DNA of 62,982 nucleotides, the filler included, from Thraustochytrium aureum (lineage: Eukaryota): NCBI GenBank assembly GCA_012862495.1. It is 10 parts of 5 records of this genome, joined end to end, with 100 filler letters (N's around TTAATTAATTAA, not from the genome) between each part and the next. Parts side by side here need not be neighbours in the genome. Positions count along the whole stretch, not along the records: positions 56,737 to 58,390 come from BLSG01000208.1; positions 58,491 to 62,982 come from BLSG01000210.1; 8 more parts are not named here. The stretch is one strand, 5' to 3'. Below the pieces are notes generated by a model that saw nothing but the letters and a program-made list of their open reading frames with translations, was not told the DNA's origin and searched no databases. Shown here one piece after another: positions 57,157 through 62,982 of the stretch (the stretch's first letter is position 1; the number at the start of each line of letters is the position of its first letter). The translations under genes and the position numbers were made by a program.

Positions 57157-58390
57157 AAGTTTCCGGGCGAACCCAGTTTCATGCCCTTGGGACAATTTAT
57201 CCCGGCTTCGTGGATGCTGAATGGTGGACTTGGCTCGCGCCGCCACGGCCGCACGCTCAGGCGCGCTCGAGTTGATTTTGATCTGCAGCGCACAGCATCG
57301 CTCTTTACGCTTGTATTTGTTAAGTGGTGTACCCTTTCCCTCTTCTGGTCCTGCGAGGCCCTCGCAGGTTTGCTGTGGGCCAATTGATGATCCATGGGTT
57401 TAGTAGGAGAGGACCTAAAGGTGACCTCTCTGTGCGCGACAGAAGCCGCATGTTGAAGTAAGTGCCCCTAAACCTGCCCTGTCAGAACCGGACTGACATC
57501 GAAAAGGCTGAAGAGCCTGACAGATGGATGAATGGCCTTGCCATGTGGACACGAGACGTAGAGTACCGGTACTATCCGGTTGGTAACAGACACCTTGCTG
57601 ACGATCACCAGCGGATCGAAACATTTGCACCGACTCGGAGCAACCTCACGGTTCGGTAGGTAAGGAATCGCTGCCTGTAACCGGCCACTCCCTGCGCGCG
57701 ACGGAGGTCGCGTACTGAAGAGCCCTCAGACTGGTCCCGACTTTCGTTTGACCTGGGCTAAGCAGCCAATGCGCGACAGAGTTCGACGCACAGGCCGGAA
57801 CATCCTCGTCGATGTCCTTCAGTACAGTGGCATCCCGCCAGTCGCAAACCAAAAGCTAGTCGCTCTTGTCAGCTTCATTTTCCGCGCCGCATCGCAGAAC
57901 ATAGGCGGTTGGCCTCTCTAGAGCCTATCTCCACGCGTTCATCAGCTTCTGAGAGCGTAACGCACTATTCTACTACTAGCAGAGTACTACTACTCACTTG
58001 CACAGTATCTGCAAGTCCAACGGACATTCCAACGGATCGCGGCGAGACGACATGGAGCCTGACATGGAGACGACCACCATCGGTTGCTGAAAGCTTGGCT
58101 GTCTCTTCAGAGCAATGCGAGCGGAATCTTGGTTGATGAGTTAACAAGCAGCTTCTCGGGGCGTTGGGAAATCTGCTCGTTGAGAATCTCTTCACTTTCT
58201 CACTTGTCGCATTGCAGTGGTACACAGGTGAAACCAAACGAATTCATGTCGTCCTCCACTATGTGAAAGCCTTTCGCCATGTCTGTTGGTCGGCCATCTC
58301 ATCGAGAGACTTGCAGTCCCGTTTCGAGCTAGTAAGCGCCTGAATCAAAGAGCGCAGAGTGCCGACACAACGCTGGACCTCGCTGGACAG

Positions 58391-58490
58391 NNNNNNNNNN
58401 NNNNNNNNNNNNNNNNNNNNNNNNNNNNNNNNNNTTAATTAATTAANNNNNNNNNNNNNNNNNNNNNNNNNNNNNNNNNNNNNNNNNNNN
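58391..58490. other. Artificial scaffold-joining spacer
   Basis: 44 N + TTAATTAATTAA + 44 N. Confidence 0.97.
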
Positions 58491-58942
58491 TGCGGCAGTC
58501 TTCGAGGCCGGCCCCCGTGCCTTCGCCAAGGCCTTACGTGCCCCCGCGAACCTCGCATCGGGGGAAGCCTTTCATGCAAGCTTCTCCAGTGTACTGCGAG
58601 ACTGTGTCGACTCGTTTGCGAGTGCTGTCCAGTCCTTTCGCTCGGCGGCGCTCACGGTTCCTCTTCCGTCTGCAACGAACATAGACTGCCGCAAGCCCTC
58701 CTTTGATCGTGGCCCTCGCTCGACGCGTTCTTCGCAGCAGTCCGCCCGTAAGGGCCGACAATACAGCAAGGGGTCAATTGAAAAATCAAAGACGTTGCGA
58801 GTTGCGTTGGGCCAAGTGCGCTCGCGGCTCGGCGCTCGAACGCGACAGGAGGCAGCAGCGGCGCGCACTCGGCATTGGGCGCTGCCTCGCGTTGCTGGCG
58901 CTGCGCAGCGGCGGGCTTCGCGCCGCAACGCGACTCGGGAGG

Positions 58943-59959
58943 ATGCGCAGCGGATGGGCGTTTTGGGCTTGCCTGGCGCTTTGCGCACCGCTCGGACGCG
59001 CCCAAGCCGGCGCGAAACAGGTGCTGCTGGTGGACGCGGATGTCGCGATGACCGTGCCGCTTGGGAAGGACATCGATGATGACTTGGCCGTAGTGTACGC
59101 CGACATGGACGAGGGGGTCAAGATTGCGAGCCTGACGGCCACGTTTGGCAACGCAGCCATCAAGGAGACCTGCGCCGCGGCGCGCCGGCTGACGCGACGG
59201 CTGAACAGGACATGGCCAGTGTCGTGTGGAACCGGGTTCCTGTCCGACTACCGGCAACAGCCCGTGAGCGGGGCCGTGCGCCAGCTGATTGACGTGACCA
59301 TGGCGCAGCCACAGGGAACGCGGGTGACATGGGTCGCGCAAGGTGCGCTCACCAACGTTGCCGGGGCGCTCTTCCATGGAGGGCAGCCCGTGGCCGAACG
59401 TATCGGCCGCCTTGTGATCATGGGCGGAAGCAACACGACGGGCGACCTCAACACGCTCGCGGACCTCCACGCTGCTCGCTTTGTTCTCACCTACCCGATG
59501 CTCAACCGCACGCTGGTCACGATGCAGACGTGCCAGTGGGCTGTCGTCGAGGCGAAGCGTGACATCGAGCGCCTTGCTGACTGCCCCGGCTCGTACGCCT
59601 ACGAGCACCTCGCTCGCATTCGTCGGCATGCCAAGCTCATGGGGATGGCCAATGAGATCTTGTTCGGTCCGTCGCCGCTCGGCGACTTGCCCTCCCAGGG
59701 ATTTTACCCCTGGGACGTGGTGGCCATGTCTGCGGCTGTTGACGGATTCAAGTACTTTTCTGGGCTCGAGTGCGTGCGAGCGACGTTGGAGGGCGTGCGC
59801 CTCGTCACGCATCCCGTCGAGTGCGAGTCGCCCGAGGCCTCGTACATCCCGCATCGCTTCACGCGCCGTCCCATGATTGAGACGCTCATTTCACGCCTGT
59901 GTGGCGCGGGCGTGCAGGGCCCGGCCCGCGACGGGAGCGTCGCGGCAACGGTCTTGTGA
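58943..59959 (+). CDS. Secreted inosine/uridine-preferring nucleoside hydrolase family protein
   Basis: Signal peptide MRSGWAFWACLALCAPLGRAQA, then VDAD...DIDDDLA, ATFGNA, GALTNVA, VIMGG, LN..AD..AA and PWD. Confidence 0.85.
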   Translation: MRSGWAFWACLALCAPLGRAQAGAKQVLLVDADVAMTVPLGKDIDDDLAVVYADMDEGVKIASLTATFGNAAIKETCAAARRLTRRLNRTWPVSCGTGFLSDYRQQPVSGAVRQLIDVTMAQPQGTRVTWVAQGALTNVAGALFHGGQPVAERIGRLVIMGGSNTTGDLNTLADLHAARFVLTYPMLNRTLVTMQTCQWAVVEAKRDIERLADCPGSYAYEHLARIRRHAKLMGMANEILFGPSPLGDLPSQGFYPWDVVAMSAAVDGFKYFSGLECVRATLEGVRLVTHPVECESPEASYIPHRFTRRPMIETLISRLCGAGVQGPARDGSVAATVL

Positions 59960-60665
59960 TCCACCAGTACGTAAAGGGCTGGTCGAATTGTCGAAGGTTT
60001 TCTTACCGGTAGTTGTTGCGCGAGCAAGGTGTTGGCATGCGCTGTCGGACGGCAGAGCGCGCCAACGACTAGTCAAGGCGCGCCAAGGCGCACATCCACC
60101 TAGTCATTGGCGGCTCGCGTTGGCGCGCGCGGCCCTGCTTTCCAAGCGCTGCAGACAGACCGCTCTGAGCGAATCAAGGAGGACGCTCCTTGCGTGAAGG
60201 CCGCAACCCCGTCGGCAAGCGCGCTACTCTGATTGCAACTTGGTTTGCTGTGTGACCCAAGAAAAAAGCTCGGGTTCACTGGGGGAGTTGCAGTGTCTGA
60301 GGGCGTGCCAACTACCGGTACCAGCCAGGTATCACCCAGCTAGCCGTGCGTGCAGATGGATCGCTCTGCTGGAGGAGAGCGAGCGAGCGAGCGAGCTCTA
60401 GCTATTCGAGCGAGTGTGGACCCGACGTGGGATGAGGGGGTTCAAGTTCGCGACGGTTTGGCGCGATCGGGCCTGTTCCACCGCGACCTCTCAGAGCTAC
60501 GAAGAGTCATCGCACGCCAAGCATTGGCCCTTCCATATATTTGGCCGCCATTTGCGAAACTCGTCGCGCGTGCCACCGCTGCCAAGTCTGGGTGCGGTGC
60601 CCGGGCTTGAAGCAAACGCAATGGCCTTTTTGCGCAGCTTTGCGTGTCTCGCAAGCGCTCCACGA

Positions 60666-61239
60666 TCACCCGACCTGCTCGCCGGGCGGAGCGGCCCCAA
60701 TGCCGCACTTGTTCAGCATGCACTCGTTGATTGACTTCAAGCAGTTCTCCTTGGTGCAGTGCGCGACGAGGTCCAGCATGTTCGAGTCGATGCACTCTTT
60801 GTACATCTGCGACTCGATCGCCTGCTTGTTCTGGCAGTCAACCATGCACGAGTCGAATTTCGGGCCATGCTCGCTCTTCTTGATTGCCGCCGCGTCCAGC
60901 GTGAGGTGCTCCATGGCGACCGTCGACNNNNNNNNNNNNNNNNNNNNNNNNNNNNNNNNNNNNNNNNNNNNNNNNNNNNNNNNNNNNNNNNNNNNNNNNN
61001 NNNNNNNNNNNNNNNNNNNNNNNNNNNNNNNNNNNNNNNNNNNNNNNNNNNNNNNNNNNNNNNNNNNNNNNNNNNNNNNNNNNNNNNNNNNNNNNNCAAG
61101 GTCCGCCCGACCCGATGCACCTGGACACCTGCGAGAGGCACTTGCTGCTCACGCGGAGGCAGGCTTCGGCAGCGTCGCGCTCGCTCTCGGCGCTGCTCTC
61201 GACCGCCGCGCGAGTCGCCGCCCGCGTGAACGAGTCCAT
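60666..61239 (-). CDS. Small Cys-rich helical protein of unknown function (spans gap 60928-61096)
   Basis: MDSFTRAAT...CLRVSSKCLSQVSRC before the gap and CMVDC...CIDSNMLDLVAHCTKENCLKSINECMLNKC after it. Codons are GC3-rich. Confidence 0.6.
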
Positions 61240-61270
61240 CCTCGCAGCCCGCCGCCTCTGTTACTCCTGT

Positions 61271-61295
61271 TGCTGCTGCTGCTGCTGCTGCTGCT
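61271..61295. repeat. (CTG/CAG)8 trinucleotide repeat in the likely 5' leader of the Cys-rich gene
   Basis: Eight consecutive tgc units. Confidence 0.85.
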
Positions 61296-61920
61296 CGCGG
61301 GTGCGTGCGTGCGGGCGATGCTCGAGAGGGATTGGCGCGAGAGGGGATCTGCGAGGTCTTTGCGCCTGGCCGACTCGTCGGAAGCTCGGCATCTCCGAGG
61401 ACGGGCCTCGAGGGCACGGGCCGCGACGCTCTGCGCTCTGCGGCCTGCAGCGCGCCGAGGGCCTGGCCGCGCATCGGCGCAAGGCGCTGGCAGGACGGTG
61501 CGGGGCACGGGACAGGCCGGCACGCTGGGCCCGTTCCGACCGCTGAGGCACACCTTGTGTGGCATTAGGCTGCGCAAGCAGCAGGCCTGCGTCGGCGCAG
61601 CTGCCTGGATGCCGGAGAACGCTGCAGGCTCGGGAGCCTGCGTGCGAGCCTTTGATCAAGAAAGGCGGCGGAGGCCAACGTTGGACGCGGAAGATCAGGA
61701 CGCGGAAGATCAACTCCAACGTGCATGCACCCTGATGAAGCGTGCCCTTCCGCCCTTTCATCGGCCCAGCGTGCCGGGCGGCGCCGCGCTGCAGACCCCC
61801 AAGCGGAAGATACCACCGGTTGAGGAGGAATACCTACACTCTACTACTCACCAACCTTCTCTTTGGAGGAGCCATCGGCGCGCGAAAGATATACGCTCGT
61901 CTGCGGCGCGAGCGAGTAGC

Positions 61921-62846
61921 ATGGAGCGAGTCCAAAAGCTCGCCGCGCAGCTCCGGGCGCCCACTGCGCAGCGCGGCGCGTCTCTCGCCGAGAACGAAAC
62001 CAGTGCTGCTGCCAGGACCGCCGAGGTCGAGAAGGACGTGGTCAAGTATGAGGTGTTGGATGGTCATGTGGCGCTCATCACGTTGAACCGGCCCACGCGG
62101 CTCAACGCACTGACCAACGAGATGCAGGCAGTCTACTTTGATCAACTCGACCGCGCCGAGGCCGACCCCAACATCCGCGTCATCGTGGTCACCGGCGCTG
62201 GGCGCGGCTTTTGTGCCGGCGCCGAGATGGAGCTCCTGAAGAGCATCGGCTCGGTGGGCGCGGAGGTGGCCGCCAAGCCGCGGCGCGAGTTGAGCCAAAT
62301 CCAGTCCCTAGCGCTCACCAAGCCAGTTATTGGGGCGATCAACGGACCCTGCGCTGGCCTCGGCTTTGTTCTCGCGATGATGACCGACGTGCGCTTCACC
62401 ATCAAGGGCGCCAAGTTCACGTCCGCTTTCGCCAAGCGCGGGCTTGTGGCTGAGCACGGGGTGTCTTGGATCCTGCCTCGCGTTACGGGTCTCAGCAACG
62501 CCATGGACATTCTCCTCAGCTCGCGCGTGTTTCTGGCGACGAGGCCGAGCGCCTTGGCGTGGTCTCCCGCGCCTACCCTGACGTCGAGACGCTCCTCAGC
62601 GAGACGATCGCCTACGCGCGTGCGATGGCGCGCGACTGCTCGCCCGCTTCGCTCGCTGAGATCAAGGCCCAGGTCTACGCCGACTACTCGGCCACACCTC
62701 GCACCGCTTTCGACGAGGCGTTCTCCCTCATGCTCAAGTCCTTCTCCCACCCAGACTCAAAAGAGGGTGTCAGCCACTACGTCGACAAGCGCGAGGCGCG
62801 CTGGCAGGGCCTCGCCGCCGGCCGCATCAAGGACACAGCTAAGTAA
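61921..62846 (+). CDS. Enoyl-CoA hydratase/isomerase (crotonase) family protein with PTS2-like signal; frameshift near 62536
   Basis: Motifs ITLNRP.RLNAL, VTGAGRGFCAGA, KPVIGAINGPCAGLG and AFAKRGLVAEHG. Adding one G gives SSRVFLGDEAERLG. N-terminus has RVQKLAAQL. Confidence 0.93.
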
Positions 62847-62982
62847 ATAAATAAGGCCCCGGATTGCGGGCCGAGCCGGCGCGGCTCGACTTCCCAGTTC
62901 ACGTCGCAACAACGAATCTTGCAAGTACCTATTGGTGGTGCGCTGTCCATGCGACTAAACCCCGGCTATGTTGGTTTCGTAT

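Noticed and set aside
57415..58390. Short ORFs downstream of the second GPCR paralogue
   Set aside because: All are under 100 aa with no motifs, and are compatible with chance.
421..62540. Widespread pseudogenisation or programmed frameshifting (more than a dozen frameshifts)
   Set aside because: Most breaks are single-base indels in homopolymers, and they hit conserved genes such as MED14, GCFC and TMEM14 with no accompanying nonsense decay. This is typical of pyrosequencing-type error.
2301..62846. Lipid-metabolism gene cluster (lipase, TMEM14, desaturase, crotonase)
   Set aside because: These genes sit on different scaffolds joined artificially, so adjacency is not evidence of clustering.

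Overview
This window is GC-rich, intron-poor eukaryotic DNA, not prokaryotic. It is not one locus: nine artificial 100-bp spacers (44 N + TTAATTAATTAA + 44 N) join ten scaffolds, so gene adjacency across spacers carries no information. Gene content, short GT-AG introns with GCTRAC/TCTAAC branch points and GCCT/GGCA/CTAG microsatellites near gene starts suggest a thraustochytrid or labyrinthulomycete-like stramenopile (inference). About 26 protein-coding genes or fragments are supported, and many are split by single-base frameshifts, mostly in homopolymers, which are probably sequencing errors. Recognisable housekeeping genes include a patatin TAG lipase, TMEM14, MED14, GCFC/PAXBP1, FDXR, ARL2BP/BART, delta-9 desaturase, an O-fucosyltransferase, two MFS transporters, ACL4, PA28, a SohB-like peptidase, a nucleoside hydrolase and a crotonase. 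The most unusual items are: (1) a membrane-anchored GH5 cellulase homologue that has lost both catalytic glutamates, a candidate glycan sensor or adhesin; (2) a class C GPCR whose ligand domain is a bacterial-type glycine-betaine binding protein; (3) a DEK_C/BIN4 (topoisomerase VI accessory) fusion; (4) a non-dynein protein carrying a dynein microtubule-binding-domain-like module; (5) a poly-SAM protein with RS-rich linkers; (6) a hairpin-bearing minisatellite. No rRNA, tRNA, CRISPR array or transposase was recognised.
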